From sequence record OQ357823.1: a stretch of 43,449 bases of DNA; one strand, 5' to 3'. Positions 8,697 to 17,234 of this stretch are shown here, in pieces. Each line of letters starts with the position of its first letter. Positions within the stretch are counted from its first letter, which is position 1. The translations under genes and the position numbers were made by a program. Origin of the DNA: Escherichia phage CY1_Cui-2023. The notes beneath the pieces are model-generated. The model was not told the DNA's origin and made no database searches. It saw only the letters and a program-made list of their open reading frames with translations.

Positions 8697-10187
8697 GCTA
8701 ATCAATGTTGACACAATAGCTTTAAGTTCCTCCACTTCCCTTTCAAGTTTAGTCACCCTATCATCCGTCTCTCGCCCAACCTGAACAAGCAATCCAGTAA
8801 TGCCGGAATAGTCAACCATGTAGCTCCTATTCTCCAGTTGCAGTGGAGTTCCATCAGGGTTTACACCGTGAGCATCTATGTATTCAAAAGTACCACTAAA
8901 CGCTTCCGGTATAGCATCTTGAACCTCCTGTGCGATTACGCCAGCATAAGGCATTCCATTAGATTTCAAGGTATAGGTGTAACCGTTCATCATGCGTAAC
9001 TTTACAGTCGCGTCAGAGATAACTTCAATGTTATCTTTCTTTTCTCTGTCAGATGTTTGGTTAAATGCCGTAGCATTAATAGGCCCATTCACTTCGAAAT
9101 ACCTTCCTCCATCAGCGTTTTGTTGTGCGTACCAAAGAAAGCCATTATCTAGCTTGCACTCAACTACAGAAGGTCTTCCGTTGTTATTGCCCCAAGCCAT
9201 GATGGTGGCATTTCTATTAGGCTCATGCACTTCTAACGAGAATGACTTTACATTTCGCGTAGCGCTAATAACAGAACCAAACTCAGGCTGTATTGTTTTG
9301 AATGACTCAACGCTTAAAAACCTTTGCCACGCGCTCCATTTCCATGTGCCAGAATCCAAGTTGTACTGTCTTCTGTATGTTATGCCTTGTTTGTTGGAAG
9401 GAATATAATCTTGCGTAGTATGCCTGACACCATTCGCTATAGCGCTGTAAACAAAAAGAGTGCCAGCAGTTTCTTCAGGATATCCATTGGCAACGGTCGC
9501 ATTAGCTGTGTTGTTTTGGTAATAAATGCCAGTATTTTCGACTCCACTAATCGAGTCAATGTTAACGTCTGACGGAATTGGAGACGAGGAGAGATAAGGA
9601 ACCATAAGGTTATTCCTTGCTGTTTTCTTATTCTCCAGATCTGCCAGGTTCTGGCTTTTAGCCAGAAGTAGACCTGGGTTAATGCTGTCAGCGTAACCTG
9701 CCGCTTCTTGCGCTGATGCCGCTGCTGCGTCTTTATCAGAAGCTACCTGATTTGCATCATTTGATACCTGCGCTCCAATATTAACAATCTCACCATATTG
9801 CGTATTTACTTGATTTACATCACTTGCAAATTTATCCTGATTAAAATCCTTAAAAACATCAACCGCTGTTGCAACCTCAGATTCTCTCGATTGGTAGAAG
9901 CGCAGAGTTTCCGCAACATCCTGTGCCAATCCCTGAACGGTAATCCCATCATGAGCTAGAATCGCGTAACCAGTACCAGCAGGAACAGTTTCAGAATTTG
10001 GGTTGTATACATTAATCTGCGTATCGCTGATAATTTCAGAGATAGTGTAAATCTTCACTGGTTCAGTTTTGAACACAATAGTGGCGCCTACACGAATGAG
10101 AGTAAGCGGAGCCATCCAGTTGGTTCCAGTACCAGTTACGGTACCGTTGGCTGCCAGGCTTGCTGTGCCAGAATCATAAATTGCCAT
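8691..10187 (-). CDS. tail fiber protein with C-terminal intramolecular chaperone (peptidase S74-like) domain, 498 aa
   Basis: C-terminal SDREKKDNIEVIS...GVIAQEVQDAIPEAF...YSGITGLLVQ...LEREVEELKAIV matches the auto-cleaving chaperone domain of phage fibers/endosialidases; SD GGAGA before ATG 10187. Confidence 0.7.
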   Translation of the reverse strand: MAIYDSGTASLAANGTVTGTGTNWMAPLTLIRVGATIVFKTEPVKIYTISEIISDTQINVYNPNSETVPAGTGYAILAHDGITVQGLAQDVAETLRFYQSRESEVATAVDVFKDFNQDKFASDVNQVNTQYGEIVNIGAQVSNDANQVASDKDAAAASAQEAAGYADSINPGLLLAKSQNLADLENKKTARNNLMVPYLSSSPIPSDVNIDSISGVENTGIYYQNNTANATVANGYPEETAGTLFVYSAIANGVRHTTQDYIPSNKQGITYRRQYNLDSGTWKWSAWQRFLSVESFKTIQPEFGSVISATRNVKSFSLEVHEPNRNATIMAWGNNNGRPSVVECKLDNGFLWYAQQNADGGRYFEVNGPINATAFNQTSDREKKDNIEVISDATVKLRMMNGYTYTLKSNGMPYAGVIAQEVQDAIPEAFSGTFEYIDAHGVNPDGTPLQLENRSYMVDYSGITGLLVQVGRETDDRVTKLEREVEELKAIVSTLISK

Positions 10188-10252
10188 TGTAAAGTCTCCG
10201 TTTGTAAAATAGCACTAATTGATAAAATTCATTCTACCATCTTTCAGGCAAT

Positions 10253-10272
10253 AAAAAACCTCCCGAAGGAGG
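10253..10272 (-). terminator. intrinsic terminator after primase gene (minus strand)
   Basis: CCTCC-CGAA-GGAGG hairpin followed on minus strand by TTTTTTAT. Confidence 0.6.
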
Positions 10273-11196
10273 TTAGTTTAGTAAGTCGTTGGCTTTGTAT
10301 ATTTTCTTGCGTATTCCTGTTTTAAATGACCTCCCGTCGTTAGGAATCACCACATCAACATTACGATCGTCAGCGACAGCGAGTATATCAGTATCACAAT
10401 CGCGGCAAGCAATCCTGAACCTTCTTGACCTGTCGCGGTGGATAACCATCTCCATATTGTAACAGGAGAAAGCAACAAACACCTCGCGACCCCCAGTAGC
10501 AAGGTGAACATGTACGCCATCAATGTAATTGTCGACAACATAAGTGTAACTATTATCCTGCCTAGAACCAATAACGTAAACAGAATCACGAGTGTAATCA
10601 CCAGCAAGGAACTTAACATTTGAATCCTCATCAATAAACATTACGTTACAAAACTCATCACCAAGCCCATCCTCATAAACCATAGAGCATGGGGTTGCGT
10701 GAATCATTGAACCATCCTTAGCGATACCAACATCAAAACCATCACTAAGGTAAATACCCTCGTATGTCGTGAGTGGACTTGATTCGACTCTCATGGTTCT
10801 CTCCATTACCTCCAGAACTTTCTCGTGGTCGACATGGGCACCCATTTTGTATCGCTGAGTTCTCGACGCTTGCTTGTTTGCTTTAACTATAACCTCAATT
10901 GGTGTTAAGTTCAGCCAGTCACCAAGCAAATTTACTGAATCGGCGAAGGACAATCCAGTGCACTTCATGACCCATCCTATACCTGTATCATTACCGCACT
11001 GACTGCAAATTGCAGCGCCATTACCTTTCTCGTTATTTAATTCATCAGTAAAACGAAACCTATCCTTACCAAAGCAGTAAGGGCATGGCCCGTGTTTCTT
11101 GCTAAGGTTTTCTTTTGTCCAGCCCATGTGAGATTCGTAAAACTTTGACCACATGCCCTTCATTTTTGACAAAACTTCATTCTTATCGTGATGCAT
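10273..11196 (-). CDS. DNA primase (zinc-ribbon plus TOPRIM-like)
   Basis: CPYC...CSQC zinc-binding motif near N-terminus followed by acidic TOPRIM-like region; position beside helicase. Confidence 0.6.
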   Translation of the reverse strand: MHHDKNEVLSKMKGMWSKFYESHMGWTKENLSKKHGPCPYCFGKDRFRFTDELNNEKGNGAAICSQCGNDTGIGWVMKCTGLSFADSVNLLGDWLNLTPIEVIVKANKQASRTQRYKMGAHVDHEKVLEVMERTMRVESSPLTTYEGIYLSDGFDVGIAKDGSMIHATPCSMVYEDGLGDEFCNVMFIDEDSNVKFLAGDYTRDSVYVIGSRQDNSYTYVVDNYIDGVHVHLATGGREVFVAFSCYNMEMVIHRDRSRRFRIACRDCDTDILAVADDRNVDVVIPNDGRSFKTGIRKKIYKANDLLN

Positions 11197-11236
11197 AAAA
11201 AAGCCCTCGCATTTAACTTGAGGGCATTATACATAC

Positions 11237-11719
11237 TCATTCAGATCTTTCTTTAGCTTTTCGTGCGGCTTCGTTGGCAATCTTATTCTTTCGCCATGGT
11301 CGACAGGGTGGCTTTGTTGCTAGTTCTGCATCGGTAACTACGCGAAGCATATGGCGCTTCTTGCATCGAAGTGTTAGCGGTTTTCCGTTTCCGTCGAATT
11401 GCAGGTCTGGTCGGCAGAATGTAGCTCGAAATCCCTCCTTATTTCGCTTGTACGCATTATGTGCTCGCTGAGCCCCTCGAGCCGAAATCATACCGCGGTT
11501 AAACCATTCCGATACAGCTTGGTTGGACACATTTAACTGCTTTGCGATGTTCGCCTTTGTACCGTAGAAATCAAGAACCATCTCCAGGCGAGCACGTAGC
11601 CCAGCCTTTACCTCATCTTTCAATACGTAGTAGCCTGATGGTCGTTTGCGTTGCTTTTTGTCTTTTGTGCGCACGGTTCCGTTATTGCCGTTAATAGTTC
11701 GCTTGTCGATTTCACACAT
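11237..11719 (-). CDS. putative HTH DNA-binding protein (Cro/YdaS-like), 160 aa
   Basis: Segment KQLNVSNQAVSEWFNRG resembles a helix-turn-helix recognition helix; basic N-terminus. Confidence 0.45.
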   Translation of the reverse strand: MCEIDKRTINGNNGTVRTKDKKQRKRPSGYYVLKDEVKAGLRARLEMVLDFYGTKANIAKQLNVSNQAVSEWFNRGMISARGAQRAHNAYKRNKEGFRATFCRPDLQFDGNGKPLTLRCKKRHMLRVVTDAELATKPPCRPWRKNKIANEAARKAKERSE

Positions 11720-11732
11720 CTCATTACCTCAA

Positions 11733-11774
11733 TAGCACTTTTTGTTAAACAATGGGTTCGATGGCTGTTATTAT
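11733..11774 (+). promoter_or_regulatory. dyad-operator promoter (TAGCA-ctttt-TGTTA) with -10 TATTAT, for helicase gene
   Basis: Dyad 11733-11747; -10-like hexamer 11769-11774. Confidence 0.5.
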
Positions 11775-11815
11775 ACATCAATGCAACGAACTAAAGAACT
11801 ATCAGGATATTTAAA

Positions 11816-13810
11816 ATGCTTCCAGTAGAACGCTTAGTGGCAAACTTTGACCAAGAAAAGATTAAGCAGATTCAGAGAGACTATCAGTTTGGAGATATTA
11901 CGCCGTATCCATTCCAGTGCGTGACATTCGACCAAATCGGCAAGAATATTGCTAAGTACGAAGCTCCGTTCATCGCAGACCTGTCTGTATCGGCTGGCAA
12001 GACAATCATTATTGCCATGATTGGTAAACGCATGGAGCAACTTGGCCTTCCTTATATGGTACTTTCTCGCCAGTCTGAAATTATCAGTCAGAACGCTGAA
12101 GAACTTCTCAACTTTGGCATTCGTAATAGCGTATATTGCGCTGGCCTTAACGTTAAATCAGTTTATTACCCAACCATAGTGGCTAGTGAAGGAACGGCTG
12201 CCAATGGATTGTTTAAGGGTCTTGGTGACTATGTTCCTGCGGTTATCGCAATAGATGAGGCACACATGGTGGACCACATGGATATCGTAGAAGCTGAAGA
12301 GAACGAAGAGACATTTGAGCAAATGAGCACCAAGAAAGGCGAAATGGTTTTCAAGGATGGAGTGAATACCGGATTGCTTGGAACTGGTCGTGCGCAGTAC
12401 ACACTAATCATCACTGAAATGAAGCGCCGCTGCAAAGAGAAGTATGGTCGCGAGCTCCGTATATTCGGCTTGACTGGTAGCCCGTATCGTAACAACGACC
12501 ACATTGTAGTTAGTAACCCAAATATTCGTGGCTTCTGGCGCAAGACGGTAATGCAAGTTCCGACCAGTTACCTGGTTGATTTGGGATTCGTTGTTCCAAC
12601 TGTTTACGGTGAGGTTGGTGATTTGGGTTATGACCTTAGCGAGTTTGCACCTGATGGAAGTGATGGCGTTAAGGATTTCAGCAAAAAAGAAATGGATGCA
12701 ATGGCTGCAAAGATTCACGAAAACCAGACGATGACACAAAAGATAATGGGGTTCGTTATCAAAATACTTGAAACACGTAACGCCGCACTGGTAACTTGCG
12801 CTGGTAAAATGCACTGCGATGAAGCGGCTGCTGCTCTACCCGATGGTTATCCTTACGCGATAATCACTGATTCCACTGGTGAGAAGAAGAGAAGGGAAAT
12901 TCTAGATGAATGCCAGACCGGAAAGTACAAGATTATTTTTCAGATTGGATGCTTAACCACAGGCGTTTCGGTGCCTCCGTGGGACACAAGTGTCATACTC
13001 CGCAAGATTGGAAGCCTGACATTAATGATTCAGCTTCTTGGTCGTGGAATGCGAATTCTCAAGAAGAAACATATTGAAATTGGTATGAAAAAGGATGACC
13101 ACTTAGTCCTGGACTTTGCTGGCGCACTTGATGATATGGCTGAACTTTACTTTGATCCAATAATTGAAGAGATTCAGGCCGAGAAGTTTAAGTCATCACG
13201 CAATGGTGATTCAGATGTTCGAGTGTGCCCAATTTGCTCATACGAGAATTCGCCTTTTGCTCGTAGATGCGGAAATAAGATTGACGGAAAGAGATGTGAG
13301 CACTTCTTTACTTTTACAGTTTGTGAAGATATTACAGACCTGCAGACAAAGGCTATTATCAAAAAAGGGTGCGGGACTCGCAATGATATAGCAGCGAAGG
13401 TCTGTCGAGAGTGCGGAGAGATGCTTAAAGACCCCAATGCTAACCTTACAGGTAAGATGTATCGTCGTGGTGATTACCTTCGTGTTTATGATTTTCAAGT
13501 TGGCTTAAGTAAGAATCAAACCGGAATTGTTGTTAAGTACAATATCATGGCTCATAACGGAGATCGGTTTAATGCATGGGAATTCTTCAACCCCGAGTCT
13601 GACCATCGAGTTTGCAGCGTGCTATGGAAGAACTTCTGCCTTGCTCATATAGAGAATCGCGCTGAAGCCACAAGAATTGGCAGACTTCGCAATGCGAGAA
13701 TGATTATGACGAACGTAGATAAGTTCCGCGCACCAGTGCAGGTTACACATAGAAAAAACGGCAAAGGTAAAGATATAATCGCTTTTAAGAATTTTGGAGA
13801 ATTGTTATGA
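11816..13810 (+). CDS. SF2 DNA helicase (DEAH-box) with C-terminal zinc ribbon
   Basis: Walker A-like SVSAGKT, DEAH box (IDEAHMV), C-terminal CPIC...CGNK...C...CRECG cysteine cluster. Confidence 0.75.
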   Translation: MLPVERLVANFDQEKIKQIQRDYQFGDITPYPFQCVTFDQIGKNIAKYEAPFIADLSVSAGKTIIIAMIGKRMEQLGLPYMVLSRQSEIISQNAEELLNFGIRNSVYCAGLNVKSVYYPTIVASEGTAANGLFKGLGDYVPAVIAIDEAHMVDHMDIVEAEENEETFEQMSTKKGEMVFKDGVNTGLLGTGRAQYTLIITEMKRRCKEKYGRELRIFGLTGSPYRNNDHIVVSNPNIRGFWRKTVMQVPTSYLVDLGFVVPTVYGEVGDLGYDLSEFAPDGSDGVKDFSKKEMDAMAAKIHENQTMTQKIMGFVIKILETRNAALVTCAGKMHCDEAAAALPDGYPYAIITDSTGEKKRREILDECQTGKYKIIFQIGCLTTGVSVPPWDTSVILRKIGSLTLMIQLLGRGMRILKKKHIEIGMKKDDHLVLDFAGALDDMAELYFDPIIEEIQAEKFKSSRNGDSDVRVCPICSYENSPFARRCGNKIDGKRCEHFFTFTVCEDITDLQTKAIIKKGCGTRNDIAAKVCRECGEMLKDPNANLTGKMYRRGDYLRVYDFQVGLSKNQTGIVVKYNIMAHNGDRFNAWEFFNPESDHRVCSVLWKNFCLAHIENRAEATRIGRLRNARMIMTNVDKFRAPVQVTHRKNGKGKDIIAFKNFGELL

Positions 13811-14226
13811 AAGTTACAGACAAAACTGACTACCTCGAGTTCTATGGCGGCCCGGTGAAGTCATGCCCGAAGGAAGACGAAGAACAAATCTTTTGCTCTG
13901 ATTGGGTTAAGTATAACTATCCGCAGGTTGTTTACTGGCACACAGTTAATGAATCAATGAAGAGCATTGGTCAGGCAAGGAAAGACCAGGCTAAAGGACT
14001 TCTTAAAGGCGTATCAGACTGCCTATTTCTAATACCTGAGTCATTACGAGGAAGTTATCCATTTGGCGCAATAGAGCTAAAGAGGGCTGGGAAAACACAG
14101 GCTAGCCCAGTAAGTGATGAGCAAAAGTCATTCCTAAAAAGCGTAAGGGAATCAGGCGGTTTCGCAGGAGTTGCCTACGGCAGAGATGGTTTTCTTGCTG
14201 CATTCGCAGAGATGATTAGAAAATAG
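13807..14226 (+). CDS. VRR-NUC domain nuclease
   Basis: DCLFL...IELKRAGK...QKSFLKSVRESGGFAGVAYG matches the VRR-NUC PD-(D/E)XK pattern; ATGA overlap with helicase stop. Confidence 0.7.
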   Translation: MKVTDKTDYLEFYGGPVKSCPKEDEEQIFCSDWVKYNYPQVVYWHTVNESMKSIGQARKDQAKGLLKGVSDCLFLIPESLRGSYPFGAIELKRAGKTQASPVSDEQKSFLKSVRESGGFAGVAYGRDGFLAAFAEMIRK

Positions 14227-14266
14227 CACGAATTGCTAAAGACGAATTGATGAAGTGGTGTATTAT
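14224..14266 (+). promoter_or_regulatory. dyad-operator promoter (TAGCA-cgaat-TGCTA) with -10 TATTAT
   Basis: Dyad 14224-14238 overlaps the TAG stop of the VRR-NUC gene; -10 at 14261-14266; leader ATCGAAACGAAAC. Confidence 0.55.
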
Positions 14267-14304
14267 CACTTCATCGAAACGAAACACACGAAGAGAGAAA
14301 GAAA

Positions 14305-14505
14305 ATGGCTACTATCTATACTGGAAAATTCTACGAATCACGCAAGACCGGTTACCAATACTCACTTGCTATCACAGATGATGGTTATATTCTTATTGAT
14401 GTTGAAGATGTTAACTACGCATTTGAAGTCAGCCCAACTTACAAAGACGATTTAGAAACTGTTAAAAACGCGTTTGGCGAGAAATTTGATGAGGTATCTG
14501 AGTAA
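14305..14505 (+). CDS. hypothetical small acidic protein, 66 aa
   Basis: ORF with purine-rich SD; acidic composition. Confidence 0.5.
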   Translation: MATIYTGKFYESRKTGYQYSLAITDDGYILIDVEDVNYAFEVSPTYKDDLETVKNAFGEKFDEVSE

Positions 14506-14726
14506 TGGCGACTTTAACCTTTGACAAGCAGTGGGAGTTATTTCAGGCAATGGCATCGCAGGAGTTGCACAAGGCTGGATATAAAGGTGATGTTTGGGAT
14601 TTGGCTCGTTGCCTGGATTATAGTTTTGAGGAAGATTACTTGCGAACTGATATCGAAACGTGGCGCGACCGAATGGTTGCAGACATTGCAGAGATGAAGA
14701 AAGATTGCCCAGAGGATTTTAAATAA
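14505..14726 (+). CDS. hypothetical protein, 73 aa
   Basis: ORF starting at the stop of the previous gene (TAATG-type coupling). Confidence 0.5.
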   Translation: MATLTFDKQWELFQAMASQELHKAGYKGDVWDLARCLDYSFEEDYLRTDIETWRDRMVADIAEMKKDCPEDFK

Positions 14727-14851
14727 TGAAAATCTTAGATAAAGAGATGTTCGAGATTGCACAGGTTTATGCGATTGACGCTGTTAAGAATAATTCACAA
14801 TGGTCATGGATGTGCGCTCGTGAATACCTGAAAATGGCATACGGCTTATGA
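14726..14851 (+). CDS. hypothetical small protein, 41 aa (below ORF-track cutoff)
   Basis: ATG 14726 overlaps upstream TAA; stop TGA 14849-14851 overlaps next ATG (ATGA); translation MKILDKEMFEIAQVYAIDAVKNNSQWSWMCAREYLKMAYGL. Confidence 0.3.
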   Translation: MKILDKEMFEIAQVYAIDAVKNNSQWSWMCAREYLKMAYGL

Positions 14852-15090
14852 TAGTTGAAACAGGAAGGGCCGCGGTCTGGACCCACTGCGCAGAGGCTGG
14901 GCTTCAGGATGACATTAAGATGATATCTAAGTATTTTGATATAAAAGATATCAGCGTTATTTTCAACGGTAAATTTACGTACATGGATGAAAGGCCGCGC
15001 AAGTATGTCAGGGTTAAGCCTGGCGTAACGATAGACACAAATGAGTTCCTGAAAGAGCAGGGATTCAAATTTAAGATAACGAAGGGTTAG
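14848..15090 (+). CDS. hypothetical protein, 80 aa
   Basis: ORF, ATGA coupling with previous small ORF. Confidence 0.45.
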   Translation: MIVETGRAAVWTHCAEAGLQDDIKMISKYFDIKDISVIFNGKFTYMDERPRKYVRVKPGVTIDTNEFLKEQGFKFKITKG

Positions 15091-15092
15091 TT

Positions 15093-15344
15093 ATGTTTGG
15101 ATTAGATTTTCAGCCTGAGCATTATGATTTGGTGCGTGGGAGTAGTGGTGCTAAGTTTAGGGCGATACCTATTGCTGATTGGTTTCCTCCTGACTATGCG
15201 GATGTTAATGCGAAGACGAAGGATGGAAAGTGGGTTCAGATTTATTACTCGCCAGCGTGCGGCAATCTCTGCATGACTGACCTGGACGAGAAATTAGCAA
15301 TTAGTGCGAATTTAATTGATTACTGGCTGAAAGAGGTTGTATGA
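15093..15344 (+). CDS. hypothetical protein, 83 aa
   Basis: ORF with AAGGG SD. Confidence 0.45.
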   Translation: MFGLDFQPEHYDLVRGSSGAKFRAIPIADWFPPDYADVNAKTKDGKWVQIYYSPACGNLCMTDLDEKLAISANLIDYWLKEVV

Positions 15345-15425
15345 AGTACGCCGTCCTAGTAGCATTAGTACCACTGTTTAGCTTTACTATCTTATATTTT
15401 ATCGTGATGAACTAAGGATTTGAAA

Positions 15426-16559
15426 ATGACAGTAGCAAAGATTACCAACGATCAGCTAATCGAAGAACTTAAAAACGGCATGACTAACAAGGCGATTGCG
15501 GAGAAGTACGACATGAACATTCGCAACGTTGAACTTCGTCGCAGTAAGTTAGCTAAGAGTGGTTTGTTTGGGCATGGCAATGATGGTATCAAGAAGTTAG
15601 TGCCGGACGGCTATTTAGTCAAGGGTACTTCAACCATGATTGATGCGGATGGGAATGAGAAGCTGCGCTGGGTTAAGACGAGCGTTGATAATGAACGCCT
15701 TGAAATTATGCTCGAGCAAGCGCGAGAGGCTTTCTGTTCTGAGTTGCCAAAGTGTGAGGAAGTTAAGCATTCAGGCAAAGATACAAACCCTGACCTAATG
15801 ACACTGTATCCAATTTTCGACATACATATTGGAATGATGGCCCATCGCCACGAGTCTGGTGAAAATTATGACACGGCAACGGCAGAAAAACTAATGGGCT
15901 CATACTTTGACCATGCAATATCAGTTTCGCCAGCTTCAGAAAAGGCAGTCATCCTTGTTGGCGGTGATTATCTCCACTCAGATGGTCTTGAGGCGGTAAC
16001 TCCAGCTAGTGGCCACTGCCTTGACCAAGATAGCCGTTACGCTAAGTTAGTCTACATCGCAATTAGATCAATTCGTGGCGCTGTAGAAAAGATGCTTAAA
16101 AAGCATAAAAGTGTTGACATTCAAATTATCGAGGGAAATCATGACCAAAGCGGCATGATCTGGCTTCGGGCTGCGATGGCTGCATTTTATGAAAATGAGA
16201 GTCGTGTCTTTGTTGATGTAAGCCCTGCGATTATGCACAAGACAAGATTTGGCTCAACACTACTTGGCTACACTCATGGTCACACAATGAAGAAAGCGGA
16301 AGGTAGACTTGCAGCTATGGCAACCGATTACAGGAAAGACTTTGGTGAATGCGAGTTCGTTTATTGCCATTCCGGGCATTTTCACCACGCAACAGTAACA
16401 GAGTGCACTCTTGGTATTGACGAAGTACATCCAGCACTAGCAAGCAAGGATGCGTATGCAGCACGAGGGGGGTGGCGCTCATATCGTCAGGCTGCCGCGA
16501 TTGTTTATCACAAAGAGTTTGGCGAGGTTGGTCGTCATATCTATCGACCTGGAATGTAA
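15426..16559 (+). CDS. calcineurin-like metallophosphoesterase with N-terminal HTH-like extension
   Basis: Motifs DIHIG, GGDYLHSDG, EGNHDQ, GHT, GHFHH in the canonical metallophosphatase order; N-terminal ~120 aa contains TNKAIAEKYDMNIRNVE; AGGA SD before ATG 15426. Confidence 0.65.
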   Translation: MTVAKITNDQLIEELKNGMTNKAIAEKYDMNIRNVELRRSKLAKSGLFGHGNDGIKKLVPDGYLVKGTSTMIDADGNEKLRWVKTSVDNERLEIMLEQAREAFCSELPKCEEVKHSGKDTNPDLMTLYPIFDIHIGMMAHRHESGENYDTATAEKLMGSYFDHAISVSPASEKAVILVGGDYLHSDGLEAVTPASGHCLDQDSRYAKLVYIAIRSIRGAVEKMLKKHKSVDIQIIEGNHDQSGMIWLRAAMAAFYENESRVFVDVSPAIMHKTRFGSTLLGYTHGHTMKKAEGRLAAMATDYRKDFGECEFVYCHSGHFHHATVTECTLGIDEVHPALASKDAYAARGGWRSYRQAAAIVYHKEFGEVGRHIYRPGM

Positions 16560-16563
16560 TAAA

Positions 16564-16606
16564 TAGCACTTTTTGTTAAGAAATCCCAGAGAAATCTGGG
16601 TATATT
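16564..16606 (+). promoter_or_regulatory. dyad-operator promoter (TAGCA-ctttt-TGTTA) with -10 TATATT
   Basis: Dyad 16564-16578; hairpin CCCAGAGAAATCTGGG in the spacer; -10 16601-16606; leader AATCAAACACAAACGAGATGG. Confidence 0.55.
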
Positions 16607-16636
16607 AATCAAACACAAACGAGATGGTAAACAAAA

Positions 16637-17185
16637 ATGAAACAACTATATTCAATGATAAAAAAATCAATTAACAATGACTTCAAAGGTAAGCCAGTTT
16701 ATATTTTTGATTATGACGGAACGCTTTCTGACGGGGCTCACAGACTTGATAAGCTCCCAAAAACTGACCCTCACCTTACCGAGTCGTGGATTGAGTTTAA
16801 CTCACTAAGCAGATTTGATTCTCCATTTAATGATACGATAAGCGTAATGAATTCGCTTTATGATAGCGGCGCATACATAATCATTTTAACAGGAAGGTCT
16901 GATCATGTTCTAGATGAGTCACTTGATTGGCTTACTAAAAATGGATGCAAATACAACGTAATGGTAATGCGATCAGCTTCGGACAACAGGAAGGATACGA
17001 TAATTAAAGAGGAATTCTTAAATTCAATTGGGATTGAAAGAATTACGGCGGCCTGGGATGATAGCCCGAATGTAATAAATCACTTTAGGTCTCTAGGGAT
17101 AACCACTTATCAGGTTTGTGATTATGGTTATAATGTTCACAGCGGCCTTAAATCTCATGGTGTAGAAAATCTGAATTCTAAATAA
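16637..17185 (+). CDS. HAD-superfamily phosphatase
   Basis: HAD motif I FDYDGTLSDG near N-terminus; downstream Thr/Lys/Asp motifs in HAD order. Confidence 0.6.
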   Translation: MKQLYSMIKKSINNDFKGKPVYIFDYDGTLSDGAHRLDKLPKTDPHLTESWIEFNSLSRFDSPFNDTISVMNSLYDSGAYIIILTGRSDHVLDESLDWLTKNGCKYNVMVMRSASDNRKDTIIKEEFLNSIGIERITAAWDDSPNVINHFRSLGITTYQVCDYGYNVHSGLKSHGVENLNSK

Positions 17186-17234
17186 ATAAAATCAATGGGG
17201 TTTTAAATGGCCCCATTAAAATTGAGTAAATAAA

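Noticed and set aside
10210-10224. Plus-strand dyad TAGCA-ctaat-TGATA as an activator-type promoter
   Set aside because: There is no -10 hexamer 30 bp downstream on either strand and no plus-strand gene follows; kept only as a possible repressive site for the fiber promoter
17194-17217. Hairpin AATGGGG...CCCCATT between the HAD and kinase genes as a terminator
   Set aside because: No T-run follows on either strand and the loop is long
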